Shown: in pieces, positions 54,706 to 64,000 of the stretch
Layout: each line of letters begins with the position of its first letter
Numbering within the stretch: position 1 is the stretch's first letter
Source: Bdellovibrionota bacterium
GTDB lineage: Bacteria > Bdellovibrionota_C > UBA2361 > JBIKWN01
Reading direction: 5' to 3'
DNA: 64,000 nt
Assembly (NCBI GenBank): GCA_044356295.1
Contig: JBIKWN010000002.1
Location: forward strand, 74,763 to 138,762
The notes under the pieces: model-generated
What the model saw: the letters and a program-made list of their open reading frames with translations, nothing else
Database searches by the model: none
Told to the model about the DNA's origin: nothing
Made by a program: the position numbers and the translations under genes

Positions 54706-55962
54706 CTACCACACTACCTCGGTATCTTTAATAGTTGGCAAATACCCAAGAATTTTCTCAACATCAATATTGCTCGGCAGTTGTGTATCAAGAAGTTTAA
54801 CCGCTATATCAACGAGGTTTCCTGCAAGTTGTTCAGGTGGTAAAGACTCCCAACGTCTGGCTCCATATCCACTTGTAGACCGTCGGTGCTGTATGTATTT
54901 TCCTAAAGCCTCCTTCAACATGTCTTCTGCCTCAGAAATCGACTGCTTCTCTTCTTCTGCTTCTAACCTAGCTGATTCTTTAATCTGATCTGTGGCTTCA
55001 GAAATTATTTTCAATACAAAATCAAGTCCGAAGTGTTTAGCATGAGCACTATGATTTTCTGCAATATGGGTAGCAAATCGCTGCTTCTGTTCTCCCATAG
55101 ATTCCCACACAAGTTTAGAAGTCGCCCCGATCTCTTCAATCGAAATTTCTTGATTCGATTTAATTGCATCTATCCATGATGGCTCATCCCCAGTAACTGC
55201 TTTGAAAAGCAACTTAAATCTGGAACGTTTTTCTTTATCGAAAGGAATATCTTGATAACTTCGATATGCCTGGCCTGGTACAGAAATACTGTAAGTCTCG
55301 ATTCCTTCACCTATATTCCACTCTTTCCATTTTTTTAATGCTTTAACTGTTGCACCCTCATCTCCAATTAATATCGCAGCAGTTGCTAATTGCGCAGTTG
55401 CCCAACGATACTGTTCAATCCGCTTCTGATTTTTCTTTGACAATGGATTAAAGAATCTTTTTGTGAGTGGATGAGGGTAAGGGATTTTATCAATAGCAGT
55501 TAACAGTAGTTCTTTTGATTCTGTAGTGCGCCCAACAAGATGTAAGCACTGAACGACACTTGAAATACTACTCCCAATGGATCCGCAACCAGATAATCCA
55601 GACCGAAACATCTTAGAATCTCGAGTACGGTATGCATAGGGCAGAGCCATATCAAGAACCCAACTACCAAATGATTTCTGGGCCTCAGTTATAGAATCAG
55701 TCCCACCAAAACTTTGCATAAGTTTATCGATGCAAGCTTCACATTTAGAAATGTCATAGCTTGGTTTACGAGTCCATGGAAACGTACTCTCTTCATGACC
55801 TTGAAGAAAAAGGCTAAAAACAAAGCAAAGACCAGCAAGATTAACTCTTTGTTCACTTACATTTTGAAGTGGGCGAATTGAAGTAGTCCAACGAAGGATT
55901 GCAAGATCAACGGGAGAAGCTTTAGCAGGATTAACTAAATGCGAATTTTCTTGAAGACTCAT
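54706..55962 (-). CDS. Hypothetical protein
   Basis: 418-aa ORF, helical-looking, no recognised motif. Confidence 0.6.
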   Translation of the reverse strand: MSLQENSHLVNPAKASPVDLAILRWTTSIRPLQNVSEQRVNLAGLCFVFSLFLQGHEESTFPWTRKPSYDISKCEACIDKLMQSFGGTDSITEAQKSFGSWVLDMALPYAYRTRDSKMFRSGLSGCGSIGSSISSVVQCLHLVGRTTESKELLLTAIDKIPYPHPLTKRFFNPLSKKNQKRIEQYRWATAQLATAAILIGDEGATVKALKKWKEWNIGEGIETYSISVPGQAYRSYQDIPFDKEKRSRFKLLFKAVTGDEPSWIDAIKSNQEISIEEIGATSKLVWESMGEQKQRFATHIAENHSAHAKHFGLDFVLKIISEATDQIKESARLEAEEEKQSISEAEDMLKEALGKYIQHRRSTSGYGARRWESLPPEQLAGNLVDIAVKLLDTQLPSNIDVEKILGYLPTIKDTEVVW

Positions 55963-55993
55963 ACCTAGTTTACCCTATGTCAACTCTCAAGAA

Positions 55994-56674
55994 CTAATCT
56001 TCAAGTACCTCACCAACAGCAAGATAATTAGTATCGCCCGAAAGTAACAAGCTGTACGCTTTTCCATCTTCAAACGTAAACGGTCTATCATACAAGATGC
56101 TACTATCTGAAACACGCTTTGCTTTTAAAGCACTTGTTCCAGCAGGAACTAAAACATATTCGGATGCTGTACCAAACGTAGTACTTGTTGCAATTGATGT
56201 AGCTCCAACTGAGGCTGCTACTTGTGCTGCACCAACTGTTCCATGAATTATCCTTACTGCAGCATTACCAGAAGTAATCGCAGGAAGAGTATCGTCAAGA
56301 TTTGAAACTCTTAGACCAAAACTTTTTAAGTCTCCGTACAAAAGAATTGTTTGCACTTCATTATCTTTTAAAGTGACCGAGACAGTTTTAACCGCATCAT
56401 CAGTATTTGCTCGTTTTAAATTAACTGATTGAGCTCCATTTGTGCTTATCCAATCAGATGAATTAGAAAAAATAGCTTTCGTTCTTGGTGAGGCTTCATC
56501 ACCAAGAAATACCTCAACAGGTGCTAAATCAATATTAGCATTAAGAACACGAAGTCCAGTCGAAGGACGAGCACTCTTTCCTCCGCCAGAGCCTCCACCC
56601 CCTCCGCCGCCGCATCCGAGGAGCCCAATCATTACTATGGAAACAGAAATCGATAAAAGAGAGTTATTTTTCAT
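55994..56674 (-). CDS. DUF4397 family lipoprotein
   Basis: Lipobox LLGC plus poly-Gly linker; two repeats LRVLNA/VRIIHG...SEYV.VPAG. Confidence 0.75.
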   Translation of the reverse strand: MKNNSLLSISVSIVMIGLLGCGGGGGGGSGGGKSARPSTGLRVLNANIDLAPVEVFLGDEASPRTKAIFSNSSDWISTNGAQSVNLKRANTDDAVKTVSVTLKDNEVQTILLYGDLKSFGLRVSNLDDTLPAITSGNAAVRIIHGTVGAAQVAASVGATSIATSTTFGTASEYVLVPAGTSALKAKRVSDSSILYDRPFTFEDGKAYSLLLSGDTNYLAVGEVLED

Positions 56675-56684
56675 GATCTAATCC

Positions 56685-57464
56685 TTACTTTGAAGCCGTA
56701 TCAGGTTTAACAACAACAGTTCCTACCGGAAGCCCTAGTGCAGATTCAAGTTCACTTGCACCACCAGGCGAAAAAATATCAACGCCAACTAATTTTGCTG
56801 CAATGGTTTGTGCAATAACATTATAACCCGTTGCATTAGGATGAAGTCCTTCTGGAAGATTATACAATTGGCATTCACCTAAATTATCGCAGGTTGTTTC
56901 CCATGCTCTTTTCAAATCAATCAGTGGTAATTCATTAATACCAGATAAAACCGAAAGTTCGGATGAGTACAAACTCGTTTCAGTAATCTGACCACCATGT
57001 TCACAGCACGGAGTTGGAAGTGTTGCTAAGACAACTTTCTTACCCAGTACTGCACCTACATTTGCAGCACGCTGAAAAGCATTTCGAACAGTTAATCCAG
57101 AAATCCCGTTAAAGGCGTCATTTGCTCCCTCAATAAGAATTACTACGTCTGCATTTGAAGCAGCAATTGTTCCAACCCACCTATCAACACCATCAGAAGA
57201 AAATTCTTCACCAGCAACACCAACATTATCGACAGGCACACCTAGAAGCTTTGAAAGTCGCCCAGGATAGCCCCTTTTACCAAGTTCAGTTCCAAGCCCA
57301 CCATCTCCTACACCGAAAGTAAGACTATCACCAAAGGCAAGAACTCTAATGGTTCCATCTCCGTTAGAATCAACAAGTAGGTTTTGAGCATGTGCTGAAG
57401 TTAGAAAAAACATAAAGCAACATACTGAAATTACTAGAGAATAGGAAAAATAACGAGTTTTCAT
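56685..57464 (-). CDS. SGNH/GDSL hydrolase, exported
   Basis: Signal peptide, FGDSLT, GAND and GLHPN..GY. Confidence 0.9.
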   Translation of the reverse strand: MKTRYFSYSLVISVCCFMFFLTSAHAQNLLVDSNGDGTIRVLAFGDSLTFGVGDGGLGTELGKRGYPGRLSKLLGVPVDNVGVAGEEFSSDGVDRWVGTIAASNADVVILIEGANDAFNGISGLTVRNAFQRAANVGAVLGKKVVLATLPTPCCEHGGQITETSLYSSELSVLSGINELPLIDLKRAWETTCDNLGECQLYNLPEGLHPNATGYNVIAQTIAAKLVGVDIFSPGGASELESALGLPVGTVVVKPDTASK

Positions 57465-57582
57465 ACGAATTTCTTGAAGCAAAAAGGTAACAAAGTAAGA
57501 GATTTAACCATAACTAGACTACTGCCCTAATTTTTTTAGTTAGGGGGTGTACGCTATCAAAATTTAAATAGAAATCAATATA

Positions 57583-58350
57583 ATGAGCACAGAAGCTTCA
57601 GCTCAAGTACATCAGAACTGGTTAGTTAAAAACATTCGTTCAATTTTTAACAAGAAGATTCCTAATCTAACGAAATCACTTGTTAGTGAAATATTCCCCC
57701 ATGATCCCAAAAACCGTTTTGATGTTGCTCTGTTAAGAGTCGCAAAAACTCCTGAATACCGTCCTTACTGTGATACAAGAAATCCTTATGGATTTTATTT
57801 TAATCGCCCAATCATTGGTGAAAGCACTCGAATTTCTGGCGGAATCTTTTTAAGTTCTCAACCTGCTGAGAGTCTTGTTATTGATGAAAAATATAATTTA
57901 CTGCGCCCCCTGGTTAGTTCGTTTCGCTCCCGTCTTGGTGGATTAAAAACTTTTTCAATTCAGAGAGAATTTTCAATTCTTGAAGAGATCTTTGAAATTT
58001 CAAATGAACTCCTTGAATGGTCACCTGAAAAAATTAACGATTTCAATGTATCTAATAATATCGGTACTGATACAAAAGTTGCGCTTGATCTCTATCTTGA
58101 TCAACGAATTGGTCTGAATCGTCATAAAGTTTTATTAGCTGCATATATTGTCGAAAAACTACGTGAAGATGGTCATTTAAATGGATTTGCCTCTATTCCT
58201 GCAGGTCTTCGAAGAGCCAGTGGAGGAGATGAATACATGATTTATACTTTTCCAAATGGAGTTTTTGCTACACTTGATCCTACACCAGATGAAATTTCAG
58301 AAACTACTGACAATCGACTCGACACAGAACCACAAAAAAATGTAGCGTAG
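57583..58350 (+). CDS. Hypothetical protein with degenerate transglutaminase-like motif
   Basis: GLNRHKVLLAAY resembles GVCRH.ALL of papain/transglutaminase-like domains, with Cys replaced by Asn. Confidence 0.5.
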   Translation: MSTEASAQVHQNWLVKNIRSIFNKKIPNLTKSLVSEIFPHDPKNRFDVALLRVAKTPEYRPYCDTRNPYGFYFNRPIIGESTRISGGIFLSSQPAESLVIDEKYNLLRPLVSSFRSRLGGLKTFSIQREFSILEEIFEISNELLEWSPEKINDFNVSNNIGTDTKVALDLYLDQRIGLNRHKVLLAAYIVEKLREDGHLNGFASIPAGLRRASGGDEYMIYTFPNGVFATLDPTPDEISETTDNRLDTEPQKNVA

Positions 58351-58362
58351 TAGCTACGAGCT

Positions 58363-58758
58363 ATGAAAACAGATAAGAAAAGATCCCTATTAGAAGACGG
58401 ACTTCTGACCGCATGTAGAGCAATTGAAAATCAAGTTGCACGCGAAATGCAGAGAAATCCTGCACAACTAGAACAACATGGTGTGCAAAAATGGGAACCA
58501 TACTCAAAAAGAGTTGAGTCTATCTGTACTTTTCTTTTAGAAGAAACAGCCACGAATGAAGGACATGGAATATCTCTCGATGCTCTGCTTGTTCTCTCAC
58601 AAAGTGTTACCAAGGCTCTTTCAATTCTAACTGAAGAGCTTGGCGAGAAAGGGCTTGGTAAAGTTCGATCTTCGTATGTTCGAGAAGCAGCCAAAAATCT
58701 TAAACGAGATATTATGAGAATCGAAGGCGAAACGAGTGCTTCGCCCGAAATCTGTTAA
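58363..58758 (+). CDS. Hypothetical protein
   Basis: 131-aa ORF, 12 nt downstream of the previous gene. Confidence 0.6.
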   Translation: MKTDKKRSLLEDGLLTACRAIENQVAREMQRNPAQLEQHGVQKWEPYSKRVESICTFLLEETATNEGHGISLDALLVLSQSVTKALSILTEELGEKGLGKVRSSYVREAAKNLKRDIMRIEGETSASPEIC

Positions 58759-59747
58759 TCGTATCGTTTGCTTGGATCTGGTATGTTGTATGTCGAAACA
58801 GTTCCATCAATGTATCGAATTTCTACAGTCAGATCTTTTTCGTAACTCCCACCAGGTTTTTTGAAAGCATACTTCGCACGGGTTTTTCCATCGTCTCCGA
58901 ATGATGTAAAACGACCTTCTTCGATCAGATTTCCATTTTTATCTTTCAAACTAATGGCTGCAACGAGAGGACCAAGACCATCAGGAGAAAGAACTGCTAA
59001 TTTTTTATCGTTATCGGAAACCGGTTTAAATAAGAATCCACCAGCACCATCCATTTTTAATCCACTAGGACTATTACTTCCACCTTTTGGTGTTCCAGTT
59101 GCCGCTGCTGTTGTAGGAGATCCAGTTGTAGATGCAAAAGGAGTTGAGGCGCTACTGAGGCTTCCAAGATATGCTGTACCCGTATTGATGACCGCAACTG
59201 GACGCTCAAGAGGAACTTTACCAGCTGCAAATGCGTCGATAGTTTCTTTTGCAGATTTTAATGCAGTTTGAAGTGAAGCAGTCGCTTTGGTTGGATCGTT
59301 TGCTCCACCTACTCCATCAAAAAGTACTTCTTTATTACTATCAAGCTGAGCGGCTTCAAATGCTTTAGCATTAATAAGATTTAAATCATCACGAATTGTA
59401 TCATCTGCTTCCTGCATTTGCAGCATCGCCCACTTGGTTGCTTCTTCAACCGAGCGATACTCTTTTTTAGCATCTGCAAATAGTGCATTAAACTTTGTTG
59501 ATCCAGCTTCACCTTTTAATGCGTTGATCTGCTGAGCAACGATTGCGCTATAAAGGCTTTCTTCGTCAACTTCACCCGAACTAGAAATATTGAGTTGAGT
59601 TTTTAAGAATTTTGAAAAAGCGTCATTCGATGTATCTGTATTTTTTGCATCGGTTGGCTTTGTAGTTGTTGTACTTGTTTGCACACCAACTGCACCGGCT
59701 ACGGTTGCTTGATTTGTTTGATTAACGACATCACTTCTTAATTTCAT
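58755..59747 (-). CDS. Hypothetical protein with Thr/Ala-rich linkers
   Basis: 330-aa ORF with AAGGAG SD, low-complexity N-terminus and linker, and a beta-rich C-terminal domain. Confidence 0.7.
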   Translation of the reverse strand: MKLRSDVVNQTNQATVAGAVGVQTSTTTTKPTDAKNTDTSNDAFSKFLKTQLNISSSGEVDEESLYSAIVAQQINALKGEAGSTKFNALFADAKKEYRSVEEATKWAMLQMQEADDTIRDDLNLINAKAFEAAQLDSNKEVLFDGVGGANDPTKATASLQTALKSAKETIDAFAAGKVPLERPVAVINTGTAYLGSLSSASTPFASTTGSPTTAAATGTPKGGSNSPSGLKMDGAGGFLFKPVSDNDKKLAVLSPDGLGPLVAAISLKDKNGNLIEEGRFTSFGDDGKTRAKYAFKKPGGSYEKDLTVEIRYIDGTVSTYNIPDPSKRYD

Positions 59748-59823
59748 TTTCTGCTCTCCTTAGCAATTTCTTGGAAAAAAGTGCCTCATTCCTTGAGACA
59801 TCTTTGAATTCAATAGTGATGAG

Positions 59824-59840
59824 AGCAGAAATGATGCCAA
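59824..59840 (-). promoter_or_regulatory. Putative sigma54 promoter
   Basis: TTGGCATCATTTCTGCT = GG-N10-GC, about 80 nt upstream of the 58755-59747 start. Confidence 0.55.
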
Positions 59841-59910
59841 ATTATGTGAACATCATTGCCTAGTACCAAGGCTGTTTGATTTTAAGAAGTTATGCGTTTT
59901 TTCAAAGTAT

Positions 59911-59943
59911 AAAAAAATAAGGAGCGCCTTTCGGCACTCCTTA
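59911..59943 (-). terminator. Intrinsic terminator after the RNA-binding protein gene
   Basis: UAAGGAGUGCC-GAAA-GGCGCUCCUUA followed by U7. Confidence 0.85.
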
Positions 59944-60014
59944 ATCATTCGGTAGGATTTCTTCACTAGGAAATTATTGCCCAGTGAAATTGATCCAGTG
60001 AAACTTTGAAAGAA

Positions 60015-60491
60015 TTATCTTCTTCCTCTGTCTCCACCACCGCCACCACGACGATCTCCACCGCCACCGTAGCCGCCGCGTGAACCGCCGCCGCCACCGC
60101 CACGACGATCACCGCCGCCGCCGTAACCACCGCCGCCACCGCCACGACGATCACCGCCGCCGTAACCGCCGCCACCGCCACCAGAGCGATAACCGCCACC
60201 ACCGCCGCCGCCGCGACGTTCACCGCCACCGCCGCCACCAGCGCCATCGCTTTTAGCTTCGGTAACATTGATTGCGCGACCTTCGATTTCAGTACCGTTG
60301 ATAGCAGCAATTGCATTTGCCGCAGCCGTTGCATCAGCCATCTCAACAAAACCAAAACCTTTGCTTCTTCCTGAATCTGCATAGGTTACAACGCGCGCAG
60401 AAGTTACTTCTCCATGCGCTTCAAACATTGATTTTAACGAATCATCACGTACTGAGTAGGGAAGGTTTCCTACATATATTTTTTTGGACAT
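60015..60491 (-). CDS. RRM RNA-binding protein with glycine-rich tail
   Basis: RNP2 IYVGNL and RNP1 KGFGFVEM; tail of repeated GGGDRRGGGGGG(Y/S) units. Confidence 0.95.
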   Translation of the reverse strand: MSKKIYVGNLPYSVRDDSLKSMFEAHGEVTSARVVTYADSGRSKGFGFVEMADATAAANAIAAINGTEIEGRAINVTEAKSDGAGGGGGGERRGGGGGGGYRSGGGGGGYGGGDRRGGGGGGYGGGGDRRGGGGGGSRGGYGGGGDRRGGGGGDRGRR

Positions 60492-60692
60492 ATTTTACTC
60501 TTTGCTTATGAGCTTTTAATAATAAATTGAAGTTAAGGATATGAAGCAAAGAGAACAGAACACTTATAGACCCGTACACTTTGTCCAAGAACATTAACGC
60601 TACAGTCCATAGAATATCACATAGAAATTTCATAGAGCAAACTTTTTATTTGATTAAATGCATAGATTATACCTATATAACGACTCTCCTCT

Positions 60693-60720
60693 TTGACTAA
60701 CCGAGCTAATTCACTATAAT
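60693..60720 (+). promoter_or_regulatory. Putative sigma70 promoter of the feo operon
   Basis: TTGACT-N16-TATAAT, 9 nt upstream of the feoA ATG. Confidence 0.55.
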
Positions 60721-60729
60721 TAGAGGGTA

Positions 60730-60972
60730 ATGTCTAATACTAAAGATCTAAACCTCACTGTCATTAAAAACGGTCAAACCGCAAAGATTCGTAAGATCAA
60801 TACGAACGATTCAGTTGTACGAAATCGACTCTTCTCTATGGGGCTTGTTGAGGGTCGGGAAATTAGCGTTACAAAGCGGTCTCCTTTCGGCGGAACAATT
60901 TGTATCGAGCTTCTTGGCTCTGCCCTTGCGCTCCGGCTTTCTGAAGCTGAAGCAGTTTCTATTCTTGTTTAA
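60730..60972 (+). CDS. feoA: Ferrous iron transport protein A
   Basis: RLFSMGLVEG, SPFGG and LALR..EA; directly upstream of feoB. Confidence 0.9.
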   Translation: MSNTKDLNLTVIKNGQTAKIRKINTNDSVVRNRLFSMGLVEGREISVTKRSPFGGTICIELLGSALALRLSEAEAVSILV

Positions 60973-60996
60973 ATTATTTTAAAGTCACAATTTATC

Positions 60997-63015
60997 ATGA
61001 TTAGAATCGCTCTCGCGGGGAATCCAAACTGTGGGAAAACATCTTTATTTAATATTCTTTCAGGCTCTCACTATAAGGTAGCAAATTATCCAGGTGTTAC
61101 CGTTGAGAAAAAAACTGCTCGACTAGAGATTCTTGGTGTTAAAGACACTATTGAGCTTATTGATCTACCAGGAATCTATAGTCTCTCGAGTACTTCCATC
61201 GATGAACAGATAGCGACTCGAGCTCTCCTTAATACTCCTGAAGAAAAACCGCATCTTATCATTTGCGTCATTGATGCAGGTAACCTTGAGCGAAATCTTT
61301 TTCTTGTCACACAACTGATCGATCTTCAAATTCCGATGATCCTTGCTCTAAACATGGTTGATATTGCCGCAAAAAATGGCATTACTGTCTATGAGCAGCT
61401 TCTTTCACAGTCCCTCGATCTTGCTGTTGTACCAATTGTTGCAAAAAAAGGATTAGGACTTGAGTCCTTAAAAGAAGTGATTGCTGGTTCACTAGAACAT
61501 CCATCAATTTCTAAAAAATCTTTTGCTTGGTGTAAAGATGAATCAATTCTAAGTACTGCTAAATCACTTTCAACGAACGAAACTGCTTCTAAAGGATTTC
61601 AACTTCTTTGCGAAGCAGTGCATTCGAAAGATAAAAAAGTTATTGAAGATGTAGCAAATGCTCGATCAACGCTTCAAAAAAAAGGAGTTGATTCATATGC
61701 ATATGAAGCTACGAATCGATATGCATTTTGTGCTGAAGTTGCAAAACGTACCACTGTTCGTCGTACCAGCTCTGCTGTTACGTTCTCAAAAAAGCTCGAC
61801 CGTATATTGACTCATCCATTTGTTGGAAGTCTTATTTTTATCGCCGTTATGGCTTTTATCTTTCAAGCGATCTTTTCTTGGTCACAGTATCCAAGTGAAG
61901 CTATCGAATATGGGATGAAGTTGTTATCTGATTTCCTTGGATCGCAATTAAACGATGGGCAATTAAAGAGCCTTATTATTGACGGAGCAGTTGCTGGAGT
62001 TGGAAGTGTTCTTGTTTTTATTCCGCAAATTGCAATGTTATTTATCTTTCTAGGATTACTGGAAGATAGTGGCTATTTAAGTCGCGCTGCATTTCTTATG
62101 GATGGAATCATGAGAAAAGTTGGGCTTCAGGGACGCTCTTTCATTCCCCTACTTTCATCGTTTGCATGTGCGATACCTGGAATTATGGCAGCACGAACAA
62201 TTCCATCTTGGGCTGACAGACTTGCTACAATACTTGTAGCACCACTGATGAGTTGCAGCGCTAGGCTTCCAATCTATACCGTTATGATTGCAGCTTTCAT
62301 ACCACCTACTAAAATTTTTGGTTTTATCTCTATTCAAGGATTAACACTTCTTTCTTTATATTTGTTAGGAATCCTTGGCGCCGCTTTCATTTCTTTCGTT
62401 CTAAAGAAAACAATTCTTAAAAGAGAACCTGCGTTCTTTATTATGGAACTTCCCAATATTCGCCGCCCTTCACTTCGACTCGTTCTGCGTGAAGTCTGGG
62501 ACCGGATAGTTTTATTTTGTAAGTCTGCTGGAAGTGTGATTTTAGCGTGTACTATTCTTTTATGGTTTCTGTCGAGTTATCCACGAGATCTCGATGGAAG
62601 CAATCCTCACCTTGATCAAAGTTACGCAGGACAATTAGGAAGCTTTATTGAGCCTGCTATTCGTCCGCTTGGATTCAATTGGGAGATGGGTATAGGAATT
62701 ATAGCGTCTTTTGCAGCCAGAGAAGTCTTTGTCAGTGCACTTGCAACAATTTATAACGTCGCAGAATCTGATGAAGACGGAGAAACAAAAACACTTCTTA
62801 CAACATTTAAAGAAAAATATGCTTCCGGAGAAATCACGTTGGCATCGGCTTTGTCTTTAATGGTTTTTTATGTTTTTGCTTGTCAATGCATGTCTACCCT
62901 TGCAATTGTTCGTAAAGAAACCGGATCAATGAAATGGGTTGTTTTCCTTTTTAGTTACAGTCTTGCAATGGCTTATGTTGGTTCATTTGTTACATACCAA
63001 CTATTTAAAATTTAA
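60997..63015 (+). CDS. feoB: Ferrous iron transport protein B
   Basis: GNPNCGKT, NYPGVTVE, DLPG, NMVD, EDSGYLSRAA and CSARLP. Confidence 0.96.
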   Translation: MIRIALAGNPNCGKTSLFNILSGSHYKVANYPGVTVEKKTARLEILGVKDTIELIDLPGIYSLSSTSIDEQIATRALLNTPEEKPHLIICVIDAGNLERNLFLVTQLIDLQIPMILALNMVDIAAKNGITVYEQLLSQSLDLAVVPIVAKKGLGLESLKEVIAGSLEHPSISKKSFAWCKDESILSTAKSLSTNETASKGFQLLCEAVHSKDKKVIEDVANARSTLQKKGVDSYAYEATNRYAFCAEVAKRTTVRRTSSAVTFSKKLDRILTHPFVGSLIFIAVMAFIFQAIFSWSQYPSEAIEYGMKLLSDFLGSQLNDGQLKSLIIDGAVAGVGSVLVFIPQIAMLFIFLGLLEDSGYLSRAAFLMDGIMRKVGLQGRSFIPLLSSFACAIPGIMAARTIPSWADRLATILVAPLMSCSARLPIYTVMIAAFIPPTKIFGFISIQGLTLLSLYLLGILGAAFISFVLKKTILKREPAFFIMELPNIRRPSLRLVLREVWDRIVLFCKSAGSVILACTILLWFLSSYPRDLDGSNPHLDQSYAGQLGSFIEPAIRPLGFNWEMGIGIIASFAAREVFVSALATIYNVAESDEDGETKTLLTTFKEKYASGEITLASALSLMVFYVFACQCMSTLAIVRKETGSMKWVVFLFSYSLAMAYVGSFVTYQLFKI

Positions 63016-63188
63016 TGGATTCCTTGATGGGCAATACATTCGAACAAATTTTGGTCATGGTAATAGTGGGTATATCAGCAATCTTTTTACTAAAGAAACT
63101 AGTGCGGACATCGAAAGCAAAAGGGTGTACTGGGTGTGGTTGTAGCAAACCCAATCTTTTAGCAATCAACAAAAACAAAAATCTTTGA
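63015..63188 (+). CDS. FeoB-associated Cys-rich membrane protein (57 aa, absent from the ORF track)
   Basis: TAATG overlap with the feoB stop; MDSLMGNTFEQILVMVIVGISAIFLLKKLVRTSKAKGCTGCGCSKP... has one TM followed by CxxCxC. Confidence 0.8.
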   Translation: MDSLMGNTFEQILVMVIVGISAIFLLKKLVRTSKAKGCTGCGCSKPNLLAINKNKNL

Positions 63189-63194
63189 TTCTTA

Positions 63195-63980
63195 TTGCTT
63201 AACGACCATATTCCCCTACTATTGTCGTTTATGATAAGCGCTTCTCATGGAAATCTAGCTCAACTTGAGATTCCTAAAAAAGGTCTGATTGATTCAGTAA
63301 ATCGTGCCGTCTTTCGACGTTATAACGTCACAGCACACGCCCATTTAATTGATTCAGTTAATGAAATAGATATTGTACTTAAACTTATCAACGGATGCAT
63401 TGAGCAGCAGAACTTACAGATTCATTCAGGGTCTAATACTCTGATAGACCAAGAGGAAGCCCGAAATTCAATACATGAATCTTTCCTTAAAATGCGTGAG
63501 AACATCTCGATCAGCGCCCTCTGCCTTTTTAGAAAAATTGAAAATGAACTAGTACAACGTCTAACTGATCGGAGTACAAATTCAGATGAATTATTAAAGA
63601 AAAGACAACAAGAACTAATTGATACAATTGACCTGATCCATCCTTCTAATACCGACATCACAAAACTCCATGATTCTGTTTTGAATCTTACAAAATGGTT
63701 TCAAAAATTTAGCCAAAAGGGGTACGAAAAACTTTCACTCATGACTCCTCTTTCATTAACCAGTTATAGGAAAGAGTTTCTGCCAAGTTTTAATCCATCA
63801 CTAGCACTCAATCAAATTTTTCAAAGTATCACTCATAATTCCTCTTCTTCTCATAATGGATTAGCTGGAATTGCGGAAACTATTGAACTATTAAAAGACA
63901 ATCAATCGACTGAAAATTTTGAAAAGCTATCTAAACTTTTTCAAGAGCTACGAGATGACATATCCGCTGTTCGTATCTAG
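63195..63980 (+). CDS. Hypothetical protein
   Basis: 261-aa helical-looking ORF; start uncertain (TTG 63195 or ATG 63231). Confidence 0.55.
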   Translation: MLNDHIPLLLSFMISASHGNLAQLEIPKKGLIDSVNRAVFRRYNVTAHAHLIDSVNEIDIVLKLINGCIEQQNLQIHSGSNTLIDQEEARNSIHESFLKMRENISISALCLFRKIENELVQRLTDRSTNSDELLKKRQQELIDTIDLIHPSNTDITKLHDSVLNLTKWFQKFSQKGYEKLSLMTPLSLTSYRKEFLPSFNPSLALNQIFQSITHNSSSSHNGLAGIAETIELLKDNQSTENFEKLSKLFQELRDDISAVRI

Positions 63981-64000
63981 AGCATGACTGTCTAGTAAGA

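Noticed and set aside
59966..60382. Ala/Val-rich 138-aa ORF
   Set aside because: Alternate-frame reading of the glycine-repeat tract of the RRM gene.
62939..63145. 68-aa ORF overlapping the feoB end
   Set aside because: Out-of-frame overlap; the coupled 63015-63188 ORF fits a known family better.

Overview
Low-GC bacterial chromosomal window from a flagellated, chemotactic organism; taxonomy cannot be assigned without a search. 1-12.5 kb: accessory glycan-modification locus (DmpG-like aldolase, SDR, ThDP enzyme, two paralogous SAM methyltransferases, 2OG-Fe(II) oxygenase, sugar O-methyltransferase). It carries three paralogous GT-B-like glycosyltransferases in a decayed triplicated cassette, with an IS91-like remnant at one junction. 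14.7-21.4 kb: minus-strand 16S-23S-5S rRNA operon without ITS tRNAs. The 23S is interrupted by a 408-nt ORF-less group I intron after the U2262 equivalent. 22.2-24.1 kb: flagellin whose variable region is seven FG-GAP repeats. The remainder holds housekeeping and membrane genes (queC, nhaA, pgi, pssA, pnuC, ridA, feoAB), a DUF58-transglutaminase-TPR-MoxR operon, a che operon, an RRM/glycine-rich RNA-binding protein and several apparent pseudo-enzymes (UvrA-derived, pseudo-receiver LuxR, Cys-less transglutaminase-like). All assignments come from motif recognition by eye; no searches were run.
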